From sequence record NZ_CP143948.1: a stretch of DNA of 64,000 nt; one strand, given 5' to 3'. Below the pieces are notes generated by a model, which saw only the letters and a list, made by a program, of their open reading frames with translations, was not told the origin of the DNA and ran no database searches. Made by a program: the position numbers and the translations under genes. This document shows, piece after piece, positions 57,049 through 64,000 of this stretch. Source of the DNA: a plasmid. The number at the start of each line of letters is the position of its first letter. The first letter of the stretch is position 1.

Positions 57049-57897
57049 ATGTATAAAGATATTTTTGAATCCATCCGCAATGAAGCGGAAAAACGTAACC
57101 TTCGTGAAAGAACTATTCAACTGTATTGCTCTGATGTCAGTTACTTCCTTCGTTGGATTGGAAAAAATGTTTCTGATCTTACACTTGAAGATGCGGAAAG
57201 TTTTCTTACTGCCAAACGTCTGGAAGGAAGGTCTCCTGAAACTCACAATCACTATCGGTCTGCAATAAAGTTCTTATATAAAAAGGTGCTGAATACTGTC
57301 TGGGATGATGACACTGTTCCGGCTATGAAAAGAGAGCGAAATCTTCCTGCCGTTCTATCCCGCGATGAAATAAATGCAATCATTGACGCCACTCCGAATC
57401 TGAAGCATAAAGCGATTATTGCAACTATGTATTCTTCTGGATTACGTGTATCAGAGGTTGTTCATCTTCATTATGATGACATTTCACGTACCAACATGAC
57501 AATTCATGTTCGTGAAACCAAAGGCAGAATTGACCGGTATACGATTCTGTCTCAAAAAAATTTAGACCTTCTCACAGAGTATTGGTTCAAATGTGGTCGC
57601 CCTAAAGATATCCTTTTCCCAAGTTCCTGGTCCGGTGGATATCTTGATATAGCCAGTGTTAACCAGTTCTTTAAGAAAAGTGCTAAACTCGCCGGCATTA
57701 ACCGTCATGTTTCCTCTCATGCGTGCCGTCATAGTTTTGCCAGCCACTTATTCGAAAGCGGCACAGATATAAAATATATCCAGTCACTTCTGGGACATGT
57801 TGATCCTCGCTCTACAGATGTTTACCTTCATGTGAGCAACAAGACACTTCTTGGGATCCGCAGCCCATTCGACAACCCGGAAGGTGGTGAATCATGA
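57049..57897 (+). CDS. Tyrosine recombinase (phage-integrase family, XerC/D-like), overlapping the downstream IS91-family transposase.
   Basis: The catalytic R..H..R..Y signature region is present (HACRHSFASHLFESGTDIKYIQSLLGHVDPRSTDVYLHV). GGAGG RBS. It overlaps the next gene by 4 nt. Confidence 0.8.
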   Translation: MYKDIFESIRNEAEKRNLRERTIQLYCSDVSYFLRWIGKNVSDLTLEDAESFLTAKRLEGRSPETHNHYRSAIKFLYKKVLNTVWDDDTVPAMKRERNLPAVLSRDEINAIIDATPNLKHKAIIATMYSSGLRVSEVVHLHYDDISRTNMTIHVRETKGRIDRYTILSQKNLDLLTEYWFKCGRPKDILFPSSWSGGYLDIASVNQFFKKSAKLAGINRHVSSHACRHSFASHLFESGTDIKYIQSLLGHVDPRSTDVYLHVSNKTLLGIRSPFDNPEGGES

Positions 57898-59069
57898 GTA
57901 AGGATTGTACGATTCAGGATGTTTTTCATCGTTTTTATCCATCTTTTGAATCCACACATAGTATTTCTCCCGCTCAGCGAAAGGCCGCTTATCACATCAT
58001 GAATTGCAAAACCGGTGCCTTTGGTGTGAATGTAAGTGTATGCGAGGACTGCGGCTGCATATCAGTCCACTATAACTCCTGCCGTGACAGGTGCTGTCCT
58101 ATGTGTCAGGAGTTTCCAAAAGAAAAATGGGTAGATGCACGGCGGGAGGATATCTTAGATGCTCCTTATTTCCATGTGATTTTTACAGTTCCGGAAGAAC
58201 TCAATCCCATTATCTACAGCAACCAGAAATTCTTATACACTGCTCTTTATCATGCGGCTTCAGATACTCTCAGTGAACTTGCTGCTGATTGTAAATATCT
58301 TGGGACTGATATCGGCTATATTTGTATCCTCCATACATGGGGAAGTACCATGAATTTTCATCCTCATATCCATGCGATTGTTCTTGGTGGAGGGCTGGAT
58401 GTGAAAAATCATTGGAAAGACAATGGGAAAGATTTTTTCCTTCCGATTAAGGTAATCTCAAAAACGTTTCGTGGAAAATACATGGCTGAACTTAAGCAGC
58501 TCTGGGAAAATGACAGGCTTGAATTTCATGGATCGGCTGCACCTTACAAAAACCACTATACTTTCAAGGAATTGTTAAATACCTGCTATACAAAGGAATG
58601 GATTCCTTATTGCAAGAAACCATTTGACGGTGCCGAATCTGTCATCAGATACCTTGGAAAATACACCCACCGGATTGCTATCAGCAACTACCGTATCAAA
58701 GACATGACAGAATCTACAGTTACTTTTTCCGCTAAAGATTACAAAAACCAAGGGCTTTGGAAAGAGATCACCATATCCGGCGAGGAATTTATCCGTCGAT
58801 TTTTAATGCATGTTCCTCCAAAACGTTTTGTACGTATCAGGCACTATGGTCTTCTTTCATCCAGAAATAAGAAGAAAAAGATTACCCTATGCAGAAACAT
58901 CCTTGGTTGCAAAAAATATATTTCCAAGCTGAAAGATATGGATGCACCTGCCATTATCCGTCTTCTTTATAATAAAGATATATGCAAGTGCTCTTCCTGT
59001 GGTGGTAAGATTATTCCTCTGCCTACAGAACAACATTTTATAAAACCAAAACCACATATGCTCTGTTAA
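57894..59069 (+). CDS. IS91-family transposase: N-terminal zinc-binding domain plus HUH/Y2 rolling-circle transposase.
   Basis: Cys-rich N-terminus (CEDCGC...CRDRCCPMCQ), HUH motif (HPHIHAIVLGGG) and a Y2 motif (YLGKYTHRIAISNYRI). Confidence 0.8.
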   Translation: MSKDCTIQDVFHRFYPSFESTHSISPAQRKAAYHIMNCKTGAFGVNVSVCEDCGCISVHYNSCRDRCCPMCQEFPKEKWVDARREDILDAPYFHVIFTVPEELNPIIYSNQKFLYTALYHAASDTLSELAADCKYLGTDIGYICILHTWGSTMNFHPHIHAIVLGGGLDVKNHWKDNGKDFFLPIKVISKTFRGKYMAELKQLWENDRLEFHGSAAPYKNHYTFKELLNTCYTKEWIPYCKKPFDGAESVIRYLGKYTHRIAISNYRIKDMTESTVTFSAKDYKNQGLWKEITISGEEFIRRFLMHVPPKRFVRIRHYGLLSSRNKKKKITLCRNILGCKKYISKLKDMDAPAIIRLLYNKDICKCSSCGGKIIPLPTEQHFIKPKPHMLC

Positions 59070-59336
59070 CGTATCATAACTGTATATTTTTTTTAGCTTC
59101 CTTAGGGAGGCTTATTTCTGGTGCCATAATACAGGACTGAATTATAAATTCTATGTATTTCTATGTGTACACGCTATCCTATTATAAATAGAGTGTCAGA
59201 ATTAAAAGTCCATATAGAGTTGACGCGCTTTGTTCAACCAGAAAAAATCGAAATTGATGCAAACGAGAGGGCAGTTAATGAAAAGTCTCAATACTGCTTT
59301 TTCGTTTGCACCACCTTCGATTCTTTCCTTAACGAT

Positions 59337-59549
59337 TTATCTATTTTCATAATCAATCAAAATCTTCTTACAACTACTACAACGATAAGCTTCACAATGA
59401 GGGATTCCTTCTGACCCTTTACTCAATTCCAGATCGTCCGATTTTTTAATACGAAAAGCTTTTATCGGATTATCAACTGCAAAAGTAATGTCTAGTGAAC
59501 TCATTAGGTATCCTCTTATCATTTCATCACCACAATATGGACATTTCAT
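59337..59549 (-). CDS. Small zinc-ribbon protein (two CxxC pairs).
   Basis: 70 aa with CPYC ... CSSC motifs. It lies between IS91 and the IME integrase. Confidence 0.45.
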   Translation of the reverse strand: MKCPYCGDEMIRGYLMSSLDITFAVDNPIKAFRIKKSDDLELSKGSEGIPHCEAYRCSSCKKILIDYENR

Positions 59550-59703
59550 GCAGATTCACCTCCTATAAATTCTGATTTATATAATTATCTCTCTAACTTT
59601 CCCCATTTTATAGGCTTTCCCGCCTGTCCATTAGTGAAATGATATGTAGTTTCCCTTATTTTTGCCCTTATGAGATAATCACAAGGGAAATAAGGGAAAT
59701 TTT

Positions 59704-60999
59704 TTAGTCATTGCCCACCACTTTATCAAGAAGCCGAACTGATTTTCGTTTCGCATCTCTTGTGGAGTGAGCATAGACGTTCATTGTGGTACTGACATCT
59801 GAGTGTCCCAACAATTCCTGCACATCTTTTGGGGCAGCTCCATTTGCTAAAAGGTTGCTTGTATAGGTGTGACGTAACTGGTGGAAATGAAAGCCTTCAA
59901 ATCCCTCTAATGTTTTTGCCACCTTTCTGCAAACAGTCCCCAAAGTAGTTGGAAGTTCCAAACAACCATCCGGTCTTAAACAGACGAAAGAAATTTCTTT
60001 ATAATCTGTCGGGACTTCCTCTGTTCTGTCTAAGCAATAATATTCGTAGTACACTCTGTTTTTCTCTTTGACCGCTTTGTAGTAGTTCGTGTGATAAAGT
60101 TCTCCGTACTGCATTCGATTTTTTAACTGCTCTTTCCGGGCATTACGGAAAATCTCTACCAGCGTATCTCCAAAATCAACAATCCTCACTTTTTTCCGCT
60201 TGGTTGGTCCGATGATATATTTGCGCTTTGAGCCATCGTATCGGATGCTGCGTCTTATGGTAAGGCATTGTTCTTCCAGATTTACGTCCTGCCACGCCAA
60301 ACCGCAGGCTTCTCCAATACGAAGCCCGGCATAATAGGCTATCTGGATTGGAAGTATTGCGGCTGGGTTCTTTTTTTGCAGATAAGCAAGCAGTCTTTCA
60401 TAATCTTCTCGTGAAATTGGTTGGACATTTCCGTCCATATCCTCATCGGAAAACAAATCCACTTCATCCGTCTGATACCGCAGTTTAATATACTGCATGG
60501 GATTGAACGTAATATACTGCTTTGGAAATACTGCAAAACGGAAGGACTGCTGCATGACTGCGGAAAAAGAATGGATATAATCTTTGCTGTAACCCTTTCT
60601 CTCTTTTCCGTCGGGATGAACTCCCCCGAAGGAAAGCAAATCGAAGAAGGATTGCAAATGTTCAGAGGTTACATTTTTCAGTTTCCGTTCTGCCAATGGG
60701 TGTTTCTTGATATTTCGGATTGTTCCGAGGTAATTCTCCACCGTACCATTGCTGAGCGTACCTGTTTTTAATTCCTCCTCTGCCCACACATCCAAAAGCT
60801 GTCCGACTGTGAGATTTTCCGCTTTGGCAACAAATTTCTTTTTCTCATAATCATCCATTGCCTGACGGAGCAGCTTTTCAGTTTCACTTTTGCTTTCTGT
60901 TCCAACGCATTCTTTCTGAACAAGATTGCCGCTTGCGTCCTCTACATAGAAGCGGTAGTACCATTTCTTTCCTTTTTTTCTTACAGATCCTTTTGCCAT
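59704..60999 (-). CDS. int: Site-specific tyrosine integrase (phage-integrase family, with an N-terminal AP2/arm-type DNA-binding domain).
   Basis: Catalytic motifs are present (HQLRHTYTSNLLANGAAPKDVQELLGHSDVSTTMNVYAH). The N-terminus KGKKWYYRFY is typical of integrase arm-binding domains. The start is taken at 60999 from an AAAGGAGA RBS. Confidence 0.85.
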   Translation of the reverse strand: MAKGSVRKKGKKWYYRFYVEDASGNLVQKECVGTESKSETEKLLRQAMDDYEKKKFVAKAENLTVGQLLDVWAEEELKTGTLSNGTVENYLGTIRNIKKHPLAERKLKNVTSEHLQSFFDLLSFGGVHPDGKERKGYSKDYIHSFSAVMQQSFRFAVFPKQYITFNPMQYIKLRYQTDEVDLFSDEDMDGNVQPISREDYERLLAYLQKKNPAAILPIQIAYYAGLRIGEACGLAWQDVNLEEQCLTIRRSIRYDGSKRKYIIGPTKRKKVRIVDFGDTLVEIFRNARKEQLKNRMQYGELYHTNYYKAVKEKNRVYYEYYCLDRTEEVPTDYKEISFVCLRPDGCLELPTTLGTVCRKVAKTLEGFEGFHFHQLRHTYTSNLLANGAAPKDVQELLGHSDVSTTMNVYAHSTRDAKRKSVRLLDKVVGND

Positions 61000-61085
61000 A
61001 ATCGTATGTCTCCTTTCGATATTAGACAATCGGAACTGATGAAATGCTTCGTGCGTGTAAGTATATCATAACTCCGGTTGTCTTA

Positions 61086-61715
61086 CTATACCGATTCGGA
61101 ATCTTCGTATAAGACTTCTGATAAAAGATTTGCAAGCCTTTGTTCTGCTGTTTTTGGTTTCTTGGAATAGAGCCTTACAACGTCTGCCATCTCATTAAAA
61201 GCATTGATGGTGTGAGTGATTTCCCTTAAGAACATAATCTCATTATATTCCTCATTCGATTCAAACCCTATTGTTTTGGCAATATCCGTCTGACCAGCAT
61301 TTCCCTTGAAGTTTTTGCAGGCGAACTGGAAGGAATCCAAAAACAGACCATATTGTTTTAACATCAGCAGTAATAAATCTTTTGAAAAAGCATCTTCTTC
61401 TTTGGTAAGGGCAAGCGGTAACTGTTCCAGAATATCTCCCATCGCATCACGAATCTGTAATTCTCTCTTATCCGTAATGTCGGTTTCATATTCATCTGTT
61501 TCCCCTTTGAGCCATTCCACAGATACATGGAGTGCTTCCGAAAGACCTTCCAGCACCATTTTTTTCGTATTGTCAATCGAACCATTCTCATAACGCAGGA
61601 TTGTAGAAGCGGTAACTCCCATCTTCTCTGCGACATAAGGCTGTGTCAGATTCAATTCCAGACGGCGCTGTTTTATTCTGCTGCCTATCAGCTTGCGTAA
61701 TTCTTTATCTTTCAT
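61086..61715 (-). CDS. XRE-family HTH transcriptional regulator (phage-repressor-like) of the mobile element.
   Basis: HTH_3 (LTQPYVAEKMGVTASTILRYENG). The start is taken at MKDKEL (61715) from an AAAGGAGG RBS. It is divergent from xis. Confidence 0.8.
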   Translation of the reverse strand: MKDKELRKLIGSRIKQRRLELNLTQPYVAEKMGVTASTILRYENGSIDNTKKMVLEGLSEALHVSVEWLKGETDEYETDITDKRELQIRDAMGDILEQLPLALTKEEDAFSKDLLLLMLKQYGLFLDSFQFACKNFKGNAGQTDIAKTIGFESNEEYNEIMFLREITHTINAFNEMADVVRLYSKKPKTAEQRLANLLSEVLYEDSESV

Positions 61716-61886
61716 GCTGACTGCCTCCTTTTTCGGTATGTATGAATTATAGCATTGTTTTTCCGAAATTGCAATATGCAATGCAATATTTATTTTTAAC
61801 ATTTCGTAACGCTTGACAAAAAGATGTGAAAAGGATATACTTACATCACAGGAATTGCATAATGCAATTTATAAGGAGGTGATTAT

Positions 61887-62117
61887 ATGACGCAAAGAAA
61901 AATTGCATTATCCATCGAAGAAGCTGCCGACTATACGGGAATCGGCAGAAACACCTTAAGACAGCTTGTAGAATGGAAGAAACTTCCGGTATTAAAGGTT
62001 GGTCGTAAAGTCCTGATTAAAACCGATATTCTGGAAATGTTTATGGAAGCGAATGAAGGTCGTGATTTGAGGGATAGAGGAAATGTAAAAGCCGTAACAA
62101 GAACTGCGGCAAATTAA
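61887..62117 (+). CDS. xis: Excisionase/Xis-family HTH DNA-binding protein.
   Basis: 76 aa with a MerR/excisionase-type HTH (LSIEEAADYTGIGRNTLRQLVEWKKLPVLKVGRKVLI). Confidence 0.75.
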   Translation: MTQRKIALSIEEAADYTGIGRNTLRQLVEWKKLPVLKVGRKVLIKTDILEMFMEANEGRDLRDRGNVKAVTRTAAN

Positions 62118-62257
62118 AAAGGCGGCTTCCCAAGAAACCGCCAAAGGTTCTATCAGACCGAAGCCATGATATACCTACACGCAAGAAGATTATACCATGT
62201 GCTTCTTCTGATACGCAACCAAGAACTTATGTTTGTGAAGGAAAGGAGAATGTAAGA

Positions 62258-62572
62258 ATGGCAAAATCAACAAAAAGTTATGAAGCACGAATGCTTGAAA
62301 TGGAAAAGAAAGAGCAGGAAAGCCTTGAAAAGGCGAAACGATATGCGGCACAGAAGAAAGAACTTCTGAAGCGAAAGAAAGCCGAAGAAAGTAAAAAACG
62401 AACCCATAGGCTCTGTCAGATTGGCGGTGCGGTGGAATCCGTTCTCGGTGCGCCTATTGAGGAAGAAGACATCCCAAAGCTGATTGGTTTTCTGAAAAGG
62501 CAGGAAGCCAACGGGAAATTTTTCTCAAAGGCAATGCAGAAAGAAGTCAATACCGATATGGAGGAAGTGTAA
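62258..62572 (+). CDS. DUF3847-like coiled-coil protein. It is typical of conjugative and mobilizable elements in Firmicutes.
   Basis: 104 aa, K/E-rich and helical. It sits upstream of the relaxase. Confidence 0.55.
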   Translation: MAKSTKSYEARMLEMEKKEQESLEKAKRYAAQKKELLKRKKAEESKKRTHRLCQIGGAVESVLGAPIEEEDIPKLIGFLKRQEANGKFFSKAMQKEVNTDMEEV

Positions 62573-62574
62573 TG

Positions 62575-62899
62575 GCGGAGGGGATGAGTTTTTCATTCCC
62601 TTCATTGCTTTTTCATGAAGGGCGCACTTATGGACAACCAGAGGTCGTCCCAATAAGTTTGCCACAAGTGGCAACCGGTCTGCGTTCACGCTTGCCGGGC
62701 TCGTTCCGTCGGCGGGGCTTTCAGCCAGACCTGCTCATGCCGCAGGAGGCACTCTTCGCCAGAGAGGCGCATTCCATGCAGGCTGCTATGCGCAGGGCAC
62801 TCTTACGCAGAGGGCGTTCCGGCAATGCTGCTTTTCCTAAAACCGAAAGCAATGTTGCCGGAAATCTATGCCGGATGTGCAGAAAGGAGGAATCCAGAC
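62575..62899 (+). other. Candidate oriT region: a GC-rich, inverted-repeat-containing stretch immediately upstream of the relaxase gene.
   Basis: Local GC is well above the window average. Palindromes GCCACAAGTGGC and CCGGCAAT..ATTGCCGG-like are present. The overlapping 123-aa track ORF is judged non-coding. Confidence 0.45.
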
Positions 62900-64000
62900 A
62901 TGGCGATTTTTCATTACACAGTCAAAATAGTCGGACGAAGTAAAGGGAAATCTGTTATCTCCGCTTCCGCATATCTCAATGGGGATGTGATGAAAAACGA
63001 GGAAACCGGGAGAATCAGTTATTACACTTCTAAAAAAGAAATGGTCTACACTCGGCTGATGATGTGTGAAAACGCACCTCCTGAATGGCAGATAGTACCA
63101 GAAGAAAATATAAAACGCTTTCAAAAATCTGTCCGATACAAAAGATCAGAAGATAAAGAAGCTGCTTTAGAAAAATTTAAAATCACATTTCAGAAACAAA
63201 GGTTATGGAATGAGGTATTGAAGATTGAAAAAAATGCAGATGCCCAACTTGGCAGGTCATTTGAATTTGCCCTTCCCAAAGAATGGAACAGACAGGAACA
63301 AATTCAATATACAACTGACTATATTCAAAAAACTTTTGTAGATAGAGGAATGTGTGCTGATTGGAGTATCCACGATAAAGGGGATGGCAACCCCCATGTC
63401 CATCTGCTTCTGACTATGCGTCCTTTTAACCCGGATCATTCTTGGGGAAAGAAAGAAGTCAAGGATTGGGATTTTCTCAGAGATAAAAACGGAAATATCG
63501 TGATTGATGAATCCCATCCGAACTGGTGGCAGGATAAGAAAAACCCTGACCGTCATGGAATCCGTATCCCTGTATTAGACGAAAACGGAATTCAGAAGAT
63601 GGGTGCAAGAAACCGCCTGCAATGGAAACGGGTGCTGACCGATGCTAACGGATGGAACAATCCAAAAAATTGTGAACTGTGGCGGAGTGAATGGGCAAAG
63701 GTGTGTAATGAACATCTTCCTTTGCATAATCAGGTCGATCACCGTTCTTATGAAAAACAGGGAAAACTCCAGATTCCTACCATCCATGAAGGCGCTGACG
63801 CAAGAAAGATTGAACAAAAGTTTCTTGCCGGGCAGGAAATAAAAGGTTCGTGGAAAGTAGCGGAAAATCAAATCATAAAACAACAAAACACGTTATTGCA
63901 AAAGATACTGGACACCTTTGGAAAAGTATCGGGTGCATTATCATTATGGAAGGAGCGATTAAATGACATTAGAAGAAAGCCGGGAAATTATACCCTTAAT
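62900..64000 (+). CDS. MobA/MobL-family (MOBQ-type) relaxase. It has no stop in the window and is 3' truncated.
   Basis: My own translation from the ATG at 62900 gives MAIFHYTVKIVGRSKGKSVISASAYLNGD..., the hallmark MobA/L N-terminus with the catalytic Tyr region. Histidine-triad-like motifs (HDKGDGNPHVHLLL) follow. It is not in the ORF track because the frame is open to the window end. Confidence 0.8.
   Translation, partial: MAIFHYTVKIVGRSKGKSVISASAYLNGDVMKNEETGRISYYTSKKEMVYTRLMMCENAPPEWQIVPEENIKRFQKSVRYKRSEDKEAALEKFKITFQKQRLWNEVLKIEKNADAQLGRSFEFALPKEWNRQEQIQYTTDYIQKTFVDRGMCADWSIHDKGDGNPHVHLLLTMRPFNPDHSWGKKEVKDWDFLRDKNGNIVIDESHPNWWQDKKNPDRHGIRIPVLDENGIQKMGARNRLQWKRVLTDANGWNNPKNCELWRSEWAKVCNEHLPLHNQVDHRSYEKQGKLQIPTIHEGADARKIEQKFLAGQEIKGSWKVAENQIIKQQNTLLQKILDTFGKVSGALSLWKERLNDIRRKPGNYTLN

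Larger units (their letters stand above)
57049..59069 (+). mobile_element. IS91-family (rolling-circle, HUH-Y2) insertion sequence with the accessory tyrosine recombinase. Element ends not defined.
   Basis: Int-like ORF and IS91-type transposase, translationally coupled. A possible end hairpin lies at about 59095-59125. Confidence 0.55.
59560..64000. mobile_element. Integrative mobilizable element (IME-like): int, xre repressor, xis, DUF3847, candidate oriT and a MobA/L relaxase. The left end is near 59560-59700 and the right end lies beyond the window.
   Basis: The gene set and order are canonical for an IME. CCCTTAT direct repeats and AAATAAGGG inverted repeats lie just beyond the int 3' end (59640-59700), consistent with an att/arm-site region. 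The relaxase runs off the window. Confidence 0.65.

Noticed and set aside
59550-59703. tRNA gene as the integrase attachment site.
   Set aside because: No tRNA-like cloverleaf or GGTTCGANTCC T-arm motif was seen next to either integrase. The att region shows only short direct and inverted repeats.
62572-62943. 123-aa ORF (MAEGMSFSF...) between DUF3847 and the relaxase.
   Set aside because: GC-rich and repeat-rich, with an Arg/Ala-biased low-complexity translation. It overlaps the relaxase start and occupies the expected oriT position. Treated as non-coding.

Overview
This 64-kb window looks like chromosomal DNA from a low-GC Gram-positive gut anaerobe of the Clostridia/Lachnospiraceae type; about 90% of the coding sequence is on the minus strand. 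That taxonomic call is an inference from gene content and RBS style.

Left to right the window contains:
- Housekeeping genes: a lipoprotein, a CotS-like kinase, cca, an archaeal-type proS and a glycerate kinase.
- A small AT-rich two-gene islet at 6.1-7.5 kb: a small protein plus a compact P-loop ATPase with a Toprim-like C-terminus. It is a candidate defence module.
- azlCD.
- A c-di-GMP and chemotaxis signalling cluster: a hemerythrin, a GGDEF cyclase, a GntR regulator, a degenerate-GGDEF/EAL phosphodiesterase, an MCP, a TauE exporter and a MarR regulator.
- MATE efflux pumps, two DUF4143-type AAA ATPases and xth.
- Three carbohydrate loci: a GH31 x2 + ABC + LacI locus; an msm-like raffinose locus (AraC, SBP, two permeases, a GH36 alpha-galactosidase carrying an unusual C-terminal uridine-kinase-like domain, and sucrose phosphorylase); and a sugar-sensing three-component system (two SBP-like sensors, a histidine kinase and an AraC-type response regulator) next to an mgl-like ABC transporter and a YtrA-like GntR.
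- A cluster of small membrane proteins that share a conserved palindromic upstream motif.
- A mobile-element-rich right end: an IS91-like transposase with an overlapping tyrosine recombinase, followed by an integrative mobilizable element (int, xre, xis, DUF3847, candidate oriT and a MobA/L relaxase that runs off the window).

The most unusual signal is non-coding. Two ~270-bp rod-like palindromic elements (10453-10723 and 15799-16063) share a conserved core. Their ~45-bp GC-rich terminal stems, and the stems of two internal hairpins with conserved GUCCAU/GUCCGU loops, differ in sequence between the copies yet stay fully paired (compensatory changes). Each element sits directly after a stop codon in a tandem minus-strand gene context. 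A third, unrelated ~250-bp rod-like element (3004-3253) lies between proS and cca; all five of its arm mismatches are transitions that would be G-U wobbles on the minus-strand RNA, but only at roughly 1-in-16 odds.

Coordinates follow the supplied ORF track. Starts were refined by hand from RBS spacing, several track ORFs begin at TTG, and hand indexing may be off by about 1 nt in places.
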